A stretch of DNA of 63,032 nt, counting the filler, from Octopus bimaculoides (lineage: Eukaryota): assembly GCF_001194135.2 (NCBI RefSeq). It is 8 parts of 7 records of this genome, joined end to end, with 100 filler letters (N's around TTAATTAATTAA, not from the genome) between each part and the next. Parts side by side here need not be neighbours in the genome. Positions count along the whole stretch, not along the records: positions 6,775 to 25,252 come from NC_068999.1; positions 25,353 to 28,353 come from NW_026315717.1; 6 more parts are not named here. One strand, given 5' to 3'. The notes below the pieces were generated by a model. That model searched no databases. It was not told the origin of the DNA and saw nothing but the letters and a program-made list of their open reading frames with translations. Below, piece by piece: positions 13,250 to 26,086 of the stretch; position 1 is the stretch's first letter, and every line of letters begins with the position of its first letter. The translations under genes and the position numbers were made by a program.

Positions 13250-13862
13250 GAAGAGTTCATATTTTCTCATCTATGTGTGTATTTATTTGCTGATTGTAAG
13301 CAATGACTTCATAAATGGTGACATTTGCTTGCAGTCAATCATGAAAATATCTCCAAGTTTCTTGACAAGCTGCACAGTCTTTGTAAACAAAAAGCTCATT
13401 CATACAGTGTTGTTTGTTTTCAGTTCTCCACATAAATATGTCTGGACTATTTGTTGTTTGATAGACTGGGAGATAATTACCTCCCTTGGAAACAAGTGCC
13501 GGGTTGATAACCAGAAGTGCACCCAACTGCAGAAGTGCTCTGCTCTAATATACTTTTGTCTGACCCATTCAAGCATGGAAAAGTAGACTTAAAACAATGA
13601 CGGTAATGGCAATGACAACGCACGTGTATATATCATAGAATTCACTGTTTTCTTATGGTTTATATTCATTTATTCTCTGTGTGAAACAATTAATTGTAAG
13701 AGGATCATTGCTTCAAAACGTTTTTACGCCATACAATTGTGTCCTTTATCCAAATGACAAGACAAACATAACAGCAAATATTCTGGACTTTTCTCTGTTA
13801 CTTTGTGTAGCCGCTGACAAAGGATGCTGATGTTGAGTGAGATACTAGGATGTGTCCTGTCC

Positions 13863-13942
13863 TGTCTTCTTCTTCTCCTTCTTCTCCTTCTCCTTCTTCT
13901 TCTTCTCCTTCTTCTTCTTCTTCTTCTTCTTCTTCTTCTTCT
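13863..13942. repeat. (CTT/CTC)n microsatellite
   Basis: Direct reading of the sequence. Confidence 0.95.
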
Positions 13943-15844
13943 CGCTTATTGTTGTTGTACTGAAATAGAAGAGAATATCAATTATATGCCAGCTTACAGC
14001 AATGACAGGGAATGAAAAAGCACTGACAAGAATTTATACATATCACAAGGGTAATAATAATATTTTAATTTCATTCACTGGTGATAAACAAATGTCTATT
14101 CGAAGACAGTCATTGCAAGCATGCGTGCATACACACACACACACATACATATGCATACATACAAACATATACTCATGCTCACACACATACATACCCATCA
14201 ACAGTAGGAAGTCTAACTGAACTGATTAGTAATGGTCCTGGCAGCACTGTTTCTCAGCTTGATTAGGGTAATCTAAGTGTACCTCATACTTGGTGCTCAT
14301 TTGTGCATCTGGTGTCTATTTAAGACACACCATTCTCACTTGGTGGCAGAAAAACAGTGTCATCCACTTGTCAAATATCGGCATTAAACATTCCTGTGTA
14401 CATTTGGATTTCATTCTTTGGTTGTTAATGGCCAAAACAAAGCAGAGGCAAATTCTAAGACAATCTTTGGTAATAAAACTAGTACTCTGAACTGATATTA
14501 CATTTAGATTAATATTAAAACAGTAACTAGAGGTAGTTGCTGAATTGTTTCCCTTGCCTTTTTAAGCAGATTTTTGGTTTACAATATTGTGTTTGCATAG
14601 ACAAAAGTAAATCTATTTACAAAACAGACTCCAATGTAAGATTTAAAATTCTCTCCTCTCCAGGCGTTTTCATTAACAAGTACAAGTGTATGTCCACATA
14701 AATTATTATCAACACAATTATATTACCAATCTCTCTTCTACATCAATTATCAATTATTTTACAACAGCACTGAGACTAGTTGCCTTACTGAAGGAAACAA
14801 GACATTACAATATGAAAGAAAGTATTTTTTTTATTGGTGAACTATGATTGCTATTAATTGCTAACTTTCACTCTTTCATGTTCACAGCTTATGGCTAAAG
14901 CGAAGTAAAATAACTAAGTGCACATTTCATGCAGTAACTATCATTTCAGGCTCTTTTTTTTTTTTTTTTTTTTGATAATGTAATTTACTCAGTGACAGTA
15001 GTATGGGCATTTTAGGTAATTCTGAAAGTACATAACTTGGAAGGGTTAGAAAATAAAACCTTATCAGAGAAAAGAATCCACAGTTGTTTCATCTGTAATG
15101 AAAAACTATCCAATATTGCTAAGTGCAAAGTTTCTCATCTTGTTAAGATAGTTTGATAGAGAAATAATGTTACATCAGTGGAAATATTACAGTATTTAAC
15201 TCTGCATTCACCATTGATATTTTGCAGCAAGGGAATTTAGCATATTTCTTATATTATCACCAACACTGGTAACCATTAATTTCACACATTAAATGTTGAT
15301 GTTCTATTGATAATAGTGAATTGCTTCTTCCACTACCATATCTTTAGAAGGCCTCTATGCAGCCATGTAAGCTGCTAGATATAGAAATCAAATCTCCTTC
15401 AAATCGCACCTTACCATTTTAAAATCAAATATAAACAACATAAGATAACAAGAAGCTATTCCAGTGTCTCAAAACTGGAACACAAATATGAATTTCAAGA
15501 TTTTATACATTTGTAATAAGACAAACAGCACTGTAGTCTTCATTTACAAACAGGTAGGATAGTCATGGTTGGAGTGTCTTTGATCATAGGATTGCTGGAG
15601 TAAAGTAGATAGAGTTAGGTCGGTAGGTCCTAAACAGCAAACATTCTTCTTGGAATAACAATATTTCTTATTAATAGCTTGGAGGACTTAACTGTGAAAA
15701 TTATGAACTGTGATTTCCATATTGAGAACATTTCAGATGTGAAGGAGGAGAAATAAGAAGCTATGATGTTTATGCCTTTCATCCTTACTTGGAAAATAAG
15801 TAAGCGTTAGTGGCAGAAAGGGCACCTGACTATTAATGCCTTAA

Positions 15845-16067
15845 CATTTTTTTCTTTTAATCATATTTCTGTTGAAATACATTGACTTTGTTTCAATTAA
15901 TTTAGAAAATATTAAAGAACTTTATGAAATAACTTTGTCGGTATTAAACTAATATCTGGGACATTAATATGGAATTTTGATGGGATGTTTTAGTTTAGAC
16001 CACTTTAAAACAGGAGGTTAGTATCATAGCACCAAAGGTAGTCTCAGGCAGGTTGGTATCAAAAGGG
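15845..16067. mobile_element. piggyBac-type MITE, diverged relative of 7270-7479 in the opposite orientation
   Basis: Right end ggttggtatcaaaaggg|ttaa; degenerate left end ttaa|cattttt. Confidence 0.6.
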
Positions 16068-16682
16068 TTAATACATTTTGACCAGCCCAAGCTTGCATGG
16101 AGAAATGAGCATCAAATAAATGAATATAGGTATGTAATATTATGTATGAGACAGTTGCTATGAGGTTCAGCTACCAACTATTGACCACATGGTCAGAAAT
16201 TCACACTTTATTTCAATGGTAGTTTGTATACAACCCTCATAGTTGGACGTTCTCTACTTGTTATGTCTCTTTTGTCAGTTGAGGCCCATTAATCGTATGG
16301 TACATTACTACTACACATGGGTGGTCTGGGTATGTGGTGTAGGGTTTGACATGGTTTCCTGGGTATGTTGTGTAAGGTCCAGTGTGGTTTCCTGGGATTG
16401 CTGTGTTATTGATGATAATAATGATGATGCTTTGTGTGTGTGTGTGTTTATTTGTCATTGGAAGTTGTACATGCCTGGATATTTCGAGATGATTGTAAAT
16501 ATAGTGGCACAGACTGTGGTCATAGCAGTTTGGTGCAGCAACCCGCAATGTTTTCACACTTCTGCATTGAGTATTTTAGTATCTCTGTGTAATTGAGTTT
16601 GTGTGCAACTTGTGCTGGAATGAAGTTTGCCATCTTGTGTTCTTTGTAGATTGTTGTGGAGAGATTGAGATCCCAGGCAGGA

Positions 16683-17113
16683 CTTTTCTACTCTAGGCAC
16701 AAGGCCCGAAATTTTTTTGGGGTGGGGCCAGTCAATTAGATCAACTCCTGTACGCAACTGGTACTTAATTTATCAACCCCAAAAGGATGAAAAGTAAAGT
16801 CGACCTCAGCAGAATTTGAACTCAGAACGTAAAGACAGACGAAATACTGCTAAGCATTTCACCCGGCGTGCTAACATTTCTTATTTCTTTATTGCCCACA
16901 TGGAGCTAAACATAGAGGGGACAAACAAGGACAGACAAAGGGATTAAGTCAATTACATCGACCCCAGTGCATAACTGATACTTAATTGATCGACCCCGAA
17001 AGGATGAAAGGCAAAGTCGACCTTGGCAGAATTTGAACTCAGAACATAACGGCAGACGAAATGCCACTAAGCATTTCGCCCAGCGTACTAACGTTTCTGC
17101 CAGCTCGCCACCC
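16683..17113 (-). mobile_element. SINE family A dimer (long-tail copy joined to a short-tail copy) with a 17 bp TSD
   Basis: agatcccaggcaggact occurs at 16668-16684 and 17115-17131. Confidence 0.9.
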
Positions 17114-17900
17114 TAGATCCCAGGCAGGACTGACATAATCCTGGATGTATCTAAAGTAGTGTGAAGGGATGATTTCTTTGAACCAAAAGTGGTACCTGTG
17201 AGTACTTTTGGAAAATTTACGAATTAGTGTCTTCTATTTGTGCTGTTGTAAATATTGTAGAGATGTTTTTTTCAACCCTAGTATTTTTATCTTATGTACA
17301 CATTGTGTGTGTGTGTGTGTGTGTGTGATTGATTTATGTTGTTGTGAATGCAATGTTCTTGTACATTGCTGGTAAAAAGGATGCTGGTGGATTTGGTAAG
17401 TCGTCTGTTCAGAGCCAATACTAAAGATGATTGATAGAAGGATAGAGCAGTTCTTCAACTACTGCTAGAAAAAATTGAAAGACAATATAGCCAAAAAAAC
17501 TGGGATGGTCATGGCTGAAATATCATAGAAACAATAAAACTAAAACATGCATGCTCTAACTTTACTAACTGAAACAATAAACAGATTCAGTATCTATTAT
17601 GCAAATTATTATACCACAATTGAATGACAAACTATAGCAAGGTCATTTCACTGTAAAAGCAATAGATCTTATAAAAACTATTTTTAATCTTTTACTTGTT
17701 TCAGTCATTGACTGTGGTTATGATGGGGCAACATCTTGCAGGGTTTCAGGCAAACAGACTCCAAAACTTATTTTTGAGCCTGACAATTGTTCTCTCGGTC
17801 TGTTTTTGCTAAACTGCTGAGTTATTGGGATGTAAACAAACCAACACTGGTTGTCAAGTACTGGTGAGGGACAAATGCAAAGACACACACTTGTGTGTGC

Positions 17901-17940
<40 letters not shown>

Positions 17941-18419
17941 TTATGTGTATTTCTTCTATCTTAATGAATAAAAATTCTTCGGATAGAATAAATGGGTTAA
18001 TAGAAACCAATGTAGCAAAGAACACAAAATAACTGTGGTTTAGTTCCTGTTTTTAAGGCAGGAACTCCTTGAAATTTTGGGTATTTGAGTATATTTAAAA
18101 ATTTAAGGAATGGAGAAAACGCATGTTATAATTGCATACTTTATTCCTACATATGTTTATTCCTACATATATATACATCACCACACCACACCACATACCA
18201 ACATACCACACCATATCACACCACCCGCACACACTAGCACTGACCCCTTCCCAGCACCCACACCATCATCCACACACCTACACATGCACTCACACACGTC
18301 GAGGTCACTAGCCCCTATCCACATGCACATACATGCTCTCACATACACACACGTGCACCTTCGTTTTGGGATCACAACTACTTTATTATCTCCCCTTCTT
18401 CCTAGCTCTCCTGTCTGAC

Positions 18420-18629
18420 CACCTCTGTCTGGCATTCACCATGATCGATCACTAGCCACTAAACCTTTTTCTATTTTCTCTCCCTGTTTATTTCTGCGTT
18501 CCTTTCTGTCGAAGATGTAGGCTCGAAACATAAAAGACTTTTTCACTTCCCGAGCGTTAAACTAATACATCTGTCTGTTGTTTACACACCCATCTTCATC
18601 TTTTGGTTTGTTTTTTTGTAAATTCCAAC

Positions 18630-18635
<6 letters not shown>
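18420..18635 (+). mobile_element. Penelope-like element 3' end (pseudo-LTR)
   Basis: ttctgtcgaagatgtaggctcgaaacataaaagac motif followed by (TA)n; family assignment from motif recall. Confidence 0.55.
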
Positions 18636-18669
<34 letters not shown>

Positions 18670-18873
18670 ATGAGCTTTTTTTTCACTTTCCGTCTACCAA
18701 ATCCACTCACAAGGCTTTAGTTGGCCCAAGGTTATAATTGAAAATACTTGCCTCAGGTGCCATGTAGTGAGACTGAACCTGCAACCATATGGTTGGGAAG
18801 CAAACTTCTTACCACACAGCCACACCTGCACGTATATGTATTTATATATCTATCTATACCTATCTGTCTATCT

Positions 18874-18904
<31 letters not shown>

Positions 18905-19210
18905 TTACATGTATCAAAGAAGCTTGAATTTACTCATCTACTTAATCCATTGTTAAATGAGAAGAAAAAAAACAAATGTAAAAGAGCTGAATTAATAAGT
19001 GTAACACCTGGGTCATTGTTGACAATGGGAGTTGATTAAAGTTGATAGAAACTCAATTTAACCATGGAGCAAGTACTTAATCTTTCTCTCACAATTAAAT
19101 TTCATTTTTTTTTTTTTTTTTTTTTACAATAACCCAACTGACAATAATCAAAACAAATATTTCTATTTTAATGAAAACAATTTTCAGAGTTAAAATTGGA
19201 TGGTGTCTTT

Positions 19211-19295
19211 TTAATCAGTCAGGCTGAGGAAGTCATCTTCCATCATCACTACAGCTAAGTAAAAATCTATCTGGAATAATCTCACTGGAAATATC
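19211..19295 (-). CDS. Probable terminal exon: (R)IFPVRLFQIDFYLAVVMMEDDFLSLTD*
   Basis: Acceptor cagttttacag|G with a phase-2 start compatible with the 21141 donor. TAA stop, then ATTAAA and an A-run downstream. An alternative continuation toward 15-8 kb cannot be excluded. Confidence 0.45.
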
Positions 19296-19328
19296 CTGTA
19301 AAACTGTAATTGAATCTACAGTTACATA

Positions 19329-19525
19329 TCATCATCATCATCATCATCATCATCATCGTTGGACGATTTGACTGAGGACTGGTGAAACCGGATGGCAACA
19401 CCAGGCTCCAATCTAAATTTGGCAGAGTTTCTACAGCTGGATGCCCTTCCTAACGCCAACCACTCAGAGAGTGTAGTAGGTGCTTTTACGTGTCACCCGC
19501 ACGAAGGCCAGTCAGGCGATACTGG
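19329..19525 (-). mobile_element. Retroposon family C with a (GAT)n tail (also 25091-25252 -, 35310-35510 +, 38040-38180 -, 41130-41335 +, 42595-42770 -)
   Basis: gagtggttggcgttaggaagggcatccagctgtagaaac...ccaacccatgctagcatggaaagcggacgttaaacgatgatg. Confidence 0.85.
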
Positions 19526-19667
19526 CCCCGGCCTGGATTCATGTTCTGTTTGACCTCTCACCATGTGGGAATATGCCAGTTTGACAAATAACATCAGTAT
19601 ACCACACATTGTATTGATATTGTGCTTTTTTTGCAATACATTCATTTATGTATGTACATATGTGTGG

Positions 19668-19792
<125 letters not shown>

Positions 19793-20479
19793 ATGTATAA
19801 AAATATATACATACATATATGTGTATTTATATATACACACACACATGCGTATATATACCTAACTTCTGCCATATAATTTATTGAACATCCTTTTGTTTTC
19901 TACTGGCTCCTCTCCAAATAGCTATCTCATCGTACTTACGTACGTTCTATATTCTCAATTGAAAATGGATTTTAATGGCTGTCAGCCAATATTGGTTTTT
20001 GTTGTTTCTGTTTTTTTTTTTTTATTAAATTCATTCAAAAAGGTTCTTTCTTTTCCCTTGCCCACCCTTTTTTTTTCATCTTTCTCCTATTTCTATTAGT
20101 TTTGGAGAAACTTTGTTTATTTACCATTGTTACTATCTTCCTTTTACTCATTATTCTACAGATCAGCAAAATTACTATTAAAACTGAAACACTTTATCGT
20201 TATGTGCCTTGTGCTGTTTTAAGTACAGTAACTATATTGGTTTAGTTACATACATACATACATACATATATATATCTCATCATTATCATCATCACCACCA
20301 CTATCACCAGCATCATTATCATCACACAGTAGTTTTGGTCAGGATTATTAATGTATTTCTGTTTGCATGGTCAGTGCTGCCTGTGACCTTCATTACATGT
20401 TTTTATTTCAAAAGGCAGATTGTGTGAAACATGTTCAGTGTCACATGATTGTTAGAAACTGGCATTGATTGTGGAAGAT

Positions 20480-20960
20480 CATACAAACCTTTCTGCTGTC
20501 TCACAACATACATCCAGTGTTTCATTACAGCCTTTCCCTACATGTAGTCCGTGCCCTCTCACAACATTTCTTCACACACGAATCACATACCATTATAATA
20601 GCTCCAGCACATGTCTTAAAATGTCCTCAGTTTGTCCCAGCCTTGATTCCATCCTCCCTGGAATTGCACCACTTTCCTGCACTACAACACTTGCTAGAGG
20701 TTTAATAAGTACCAACAGGTACTTAAGTTCTCTTTCAACCCCTTATTATCTCATACACATCAAAGGCATCAACAGATACCTAAGATCTCTCAACCCCTTC
20801 ATTGCTCTGTTTCACTAGTCTGCAACACTTTATCTTTATCCATCAGATGTTTTAGATATATAACTCTCTTAACCCTCCAAACCAGTTCACACTCTTACCA
20901 ATCTGCTACCAATAGCTACCTTCATTATGTCTTTTATGCTTACCAAAGCATTATCATTTA
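20480..20960 (-). mobile_element. Possible heavily degraded RTE LINE fragment
   Basis: Purine-rich strand with weak translated resemblance (ELKYL, FKTCAGAIIMVCDS) to the post-RT region of RTE; many stops. Confidence 0.3.
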
Positions 20961-21140
20961 ATTCTTCAAGAAAACCACCTTTCACAGAAAAATAAACTAA
21001 TAATTCTAACACCAATGTAAACATTAAAGAAAGATAAAGATAACTTTTAACCTTTTATTACCAAAATAGAAATATGAAAAAGTAAATAAGAGCTAAACTA
21101 GTTTTAATATCAGTTGGAGTGTAATGGTTTTTAATGTTAC

Positions 21141-21283
21141 CTCCAAGGTTGTTTGATAGTTCTTTCTTTTCTATATTCTTTCAATACGTTACATATTGTT
21201 CCAACAGAGATATGTTGTGTATTGATAAAACTTGAAATATCTAAAGAATTGTCTTTAGAAGTTATTTGCTGTCTAACATACAC
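21141..21283 (-). CDS. Internal exon of the same gene: VYVRQQITSKDNSLDISSFINTQHISVGTICNVLKEYRKERTIKQPW
   Basis: Acceptor tttactttcag|GTG, donor GAG|gtaaca, 143 nt open, phase 0-2. It joins the previous exon in frame. Confidence 0.65.
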
Positions 21284-22288
21284 CTGAAAGTAAATGTTCC
21301 ATTAAAAATGGTCTATTGATCCCCGAAAGAAGGTCACTTGCGTTTCACAGCAACTTGTTAACACACTCTGAAGGAACACAACACAATAATAGAATTTCTC
21401 TCTCTCTCCAAAGAATAAAACCTATTTTTCTCATGATCAGTTTTATTACATCCATTATGTGTAAATTTTCAGGGTTTTTTTAATATATTTTCCTTTTATT
21501 TTCTCCATTAGATCTTACACAAATCATTAGCTATATCTTTCAGACCATCAAATTCATCTCAGTCTTTGTAAGATACTGTTCAAACCATCTTCTGATTCTC
21601 CAGTTTTATGCGTTGCTGTTAAAACATCAGTTATGTTTACTATAGGACAGGCATTTGATGGTTACATTACAGTCTACTGATTTTGTTATCTAGTTTTGAG
21701 CCTTGGTTGTAGTTTTTTTTCATCCTAGTTTGTTAATGTCCTACAGTATCACACACATATATATGTGTGTGAGTGTCAAACAACCATGTTTTCTCATCCT
21801 CTAGAAACATCAGTCATCACCTGGAGAATGTAATGTATAATGTCTCTTCTCAGAAGGCAATCACAGACGCAATGTTTATATTTTTACATACATCACAAAA
21901 TAAAAAAAGATTATCAGTTAGTTGAGTCAACTAAGTAGAAGGCAACGAATAATGTATCCTCTCAGAAGACAATAATGACTCTGCTACAGATACATTATTC
22001 ATCTTGACATACATTATTAGAGAATATCAGTTAGTTGAGTCAACAAATGAGCATGTATATGGTCAATTAAACTGCTAAAAATGGTAACCAAATTTCCCTC
22101 ATATCACATTTTACTGTCATTAAAACAAAGAAGGATGCATTGAGTTATGTAACTCTAGATACAACATACTAATAAATAGATGTGGTGGTCATAATTGGGA
22201 TGCCTTTTACTAGTGATGTGTTCACTTGAGGATAACCTGAGTGTAAACAACAACATATCAATGACTCTCTCTCTCTCTCAAACCTCAC

Positions 22289-22408
22289 CTTACTATCTTT
22301 AAAAGGATATACAAGATACATTGGTAGCTTCTTTGGATTACACTTTATCTGGCTTCGTTGACAATTGGATAACCTTTGATCAGAGGTCCGTTTTATCGCA
22401 GATAACCC
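22289..22408 (-). CDS. Internal exon of an unidentified - strand gene: GLSAIKRTSDQRLSNCQRSQIKCNPKKLPMYLVYPFKDSK
   Basis: Acceptor tgtttagtcag|GGG, donor AAG|gtgagg, 120 nt. Only one frame is open; phase 0-0. Confidence 0.6.
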
Positions 22409-22502
22409 CTGACTAAACAACAATAACATCCTGAATTCTCCTATTCTTAATTATACATTACATCTAACATAATCTGGTACTGACAATCCTGTCTGTTACA
22501 AT

Positions 22503-22781
22503 GAGGGTCCCAGTTGATCTGCTCAACAGAACAGCCTGCTTGAGAAACTAACGTGCAAGTGGCTGAGCACTCCACAGCCAAACATAGTTCTCAGAGAGAT
22601 TCAGCATGACACACAATGTGATAAGGCCAGCCCTTTGAATTACACATGTTACTCATCTTTGCCAGCTGAGTGGACTGGAGCAAGGTGAAATAAAGTGTCT
22701 TACTCAAAGACACAATGCACCACTAGGAACTGAACTCACAACCTTACGACTGAGCTAATTATCCCAACCACTAAGCCATGC
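22503..22781 (-). mobile_element. tRNA-derived SINE, family E (CORE-like)
   Basis: Minus strand: gcatggcttagtggtt (A-box) ...gagttcagttcc (B-box) ...gtgtctttgagtaagacactttatttcac. Confidence 0.75.
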
Positions 22782-24978
22782 AACTTCACTGACAATTTAT
22801 ACATGAAATATTTAATGTCATGAAAATTGTTGCCAGTGTTTACAATCATTAAAAAATGAATTCTTTTATCTTTAGGCATCAGAACACATTTATCATTTGA
22901 TTAATTTTAAAGCCAAACTGGCTGCACTGTTTCCCAGAATGGGACAAGCCTTTAGGGATTTAATCTAAAAAAATAGGGAGGGGTTAATGCATGCCATAAT
23001 GCTGCAGTTAGTGCTCACTGCTGAACTACTGATGTTGTTCTTTCTGTTGTTGGTTTTAAATGACACCAAGCCATCAGCTGTCAATACTTCTGCCAGTCAT
23101 AAATGAAAATGGATCTGCAATGGGAGCAATAATTTGATTAATATTTCATGTATATCATTGGTTAATGATTAATTTGTTGTTGTTTTGCCCTAAATCAACT
23201 CTGATCAAGTAGACCTATGAGCAAAGACGTTCCAAATATAACCAACTTGTCTATGTTTTCTTTAATGACACAGTGTAATCTAGGATCACTTTATCCAATG
23301 AATCATTTCCTTTTTGGTGTGATATGTGGGAGATTTAGCTATTATTTCTGTTGTTTGAAAATCACATAGAAGCTCTTCTCCAGAAGGAAGTGCCACAGAT
23401 TTTTCAGAATTAAGTAAAATAAAGTGGTAGTAACTGGGACAGGTGTCGGGTGAAGGAGATATAAAGATGTGATTTGTGTTGGAAACTGGAATAAGACAGC
23501 TGTAGGGCAAGGTGTGGAGTAGCCATGGCAAAACATTAGATGTGGTAGGTGTAAGACAAATTGCAGGTTAAAGTAAATCAGCTGTAAAATAGGTACAGTA
23601 AAGAAGCTATACTGAATTTGTGTAACACCGCTACTAATATGAAAAACTGTTATACAGAATGCCTTTTATAAGCAAACATAGTTACAGATGGCCACAATAT
23701 TTAATTTGCTAATTTAGATTAAATAAATGTAAATAAGTCCTATACATAGGTAAATCTTACCACTGTAAAGAATGAGATTACTATAACTAATGAATGTTTT
23801 GCTAACGTGCAATGCTGAGTTCAAAATCTTTGGCTTTAAAGAAAACTACAAGAATTTACTTGAGTGGTTAATGACTGATTTGATTTCAGAATGCATGTCA
23901 CAGTCCATTCTGTATTAAACCCTTCTTGTACAAGTAGACATGAACCACCATGTCAATATTTTACGACATTTTTGTTCTACAGCAACACAGTGACATACTA
24001 TAACTTTGCTCTGAGACACACTATAGATATTATCACTCAGGTCATGTGATAGCATTGGTTCACCCAACTCAGCTCAGATATATATCAGATTTAATTAACA
24101 ACAATATGAGAGATTATAATACTGCACTGAGATATTATGTCAATAATATCACACAGGTCATGTGATACTGCACATTTCATAGAGATCCCAGATCAGATTT
24201 ATATCAAATTTATTGATTATTTTACACTATGTACTAATACTTTAACCCTGTCAATGGAAAAAGTCTTATGATATTACTTTGCATGACCTAAATATATCTT
24301 ATATTGTTATTGTACTGTGTTATATTCCTCTGTGGTTCATTCATTTTGGATTTTTAACTTACAGTTTTTCATTTTTGAATTATTTTGCTCCAAATTAATT
24401 CTGTTTTCTTCCTTTGGGGAAATTAAGAAACATAGAAAGACTGTGTGTCTATGTGTAACTGTTGAGTATATGTGTGTAATGACAAACTGTGTGAATGGGT
24501 AATAACTGTATTTGAGTATTTGCGTGTGTATGTGTGCATATATTATATTACATTGAATAGCTATGTATCTGTGTAATAGTTGTATATTTACATAGTCACT
24601 GTGTGTGTATATAGTACTGTGTATGTGTTTTATGTATATAATACTTCCATGTATTTTGTCTGATAATGATCTGTGTTCCTGTATATGTACGTACATGTAA
24701 ATATAAAGAGTTTAATAGTTTGTGGTGGAATACATTGAATACGTATATATGTGTGGGTGTTGAAACACACCTATATGCACCCTCAGCACTGCTGTATAGA
24801 ATTGTACATTTGTAGGAGCATTATAACTTGGTTGCTATTGCTGAAATACATGTGTGTGTTTATGCAATTTCTTAGACATGATGATGAAATCAAATTCCAG
24901 CAGAAAAAAATGGAATAAATTCTAAGATTGATAATTCCAGATCTTACTGTTTTATTGGTTTCAAAAGATTGATTTCCC

Positions 24979-25017
<39 letters not shown>

Positions 25018-25352
25018 TATATATACATATATATATATATACACACACACACCCATATATATACACACACACATATATATATATATATATATCATCATCA
25101 TCATCATCATCGTTTAATGTCCGCTTTCGATGCTAGCATGGGTTGGACGACTTGACTGAGGACTGGTGAAACCGGATGGCAACACCAGGCTCCAATCTAA
25201 ATTTGGCAGAGTTTCTACAGCTGGATGCCCTTCCTAACGCCAACCACTCAGANNNNNNNNNNNNNNNNNNNNNNNNNNNNNNNNNNNNNNNNNNNNTTAA
25301 TTAATTAANNNNNNNNNNNNNNNNNNNNNNNNNNNNNNNNNNNNNNNNNNNN

Positions 25353-25690
25353 AATGAGAATGGCTCCCTATATTGAGGCCCAAATATTCTCTCAGTTTAC
25401 TGCTCCCACTTCTGAGCTATGCAGTCGTTACATTGACGACTGCATTAGTACGGCCTCCCACTCCCGCAAACATCCTCACACCTCTCTCTTTTCCATCCCA
25501 CCCTCAAATTCTCTTGTTCTATCTCCAAATTTCTCGACTTTTCTACAAAACCTTTCTTCTCCTTCAACTCCCTTCTCACCATCATTTTCCTTCATTTCTC
25601 TTTCTTTCAGTTTTGACTGCTGAAGAAGTCCTTTCTCTGACATGTTGCAGTTTCCACTCCTCAACACAAGGACTCTCAAATGTTTCTATA
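25353..25690 (+). mobile_element. Penelope-like RT remnant
   Basis: YIEAQIFSQFTAPTSELCSRYIDDCIS (YIDD catalytic motif), with a ctgaagaag-type end. Confidence 0.7.
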
Positions 25691-25887
25691 GGTTTCACTT
25701 TATAATATAAATCTTGCACAAAACAACAAAGAAGTTACTGGAGTTTGTTTACTATCTATCTGTCCGTTCATCTATCAATCTATCTATCTACTTGGCTGTC
25801 TGTCTATCTGTTTACCTGTCTGTCTGTCTGTCTATCTATCTATCTGACTATCAACCTACCTATCTATCTGTCTGTCTGTCTACCTTA

Positions 25888-25933
<46 letters not shown>

Positions 25934-26086
25934 AACACTTTCACGGTTTGTGTCTTTAAGCCCTCCATGCAACAATCCAGATCTTAATATGATTCTTATT
26001 CCAGCATTGCTCGTAGTATTCAAGCGAAGTTCCATGTTAAAAATCAGCAGATATTTTACTGCTTTCAGCCCTGATTGCCATTCGAA

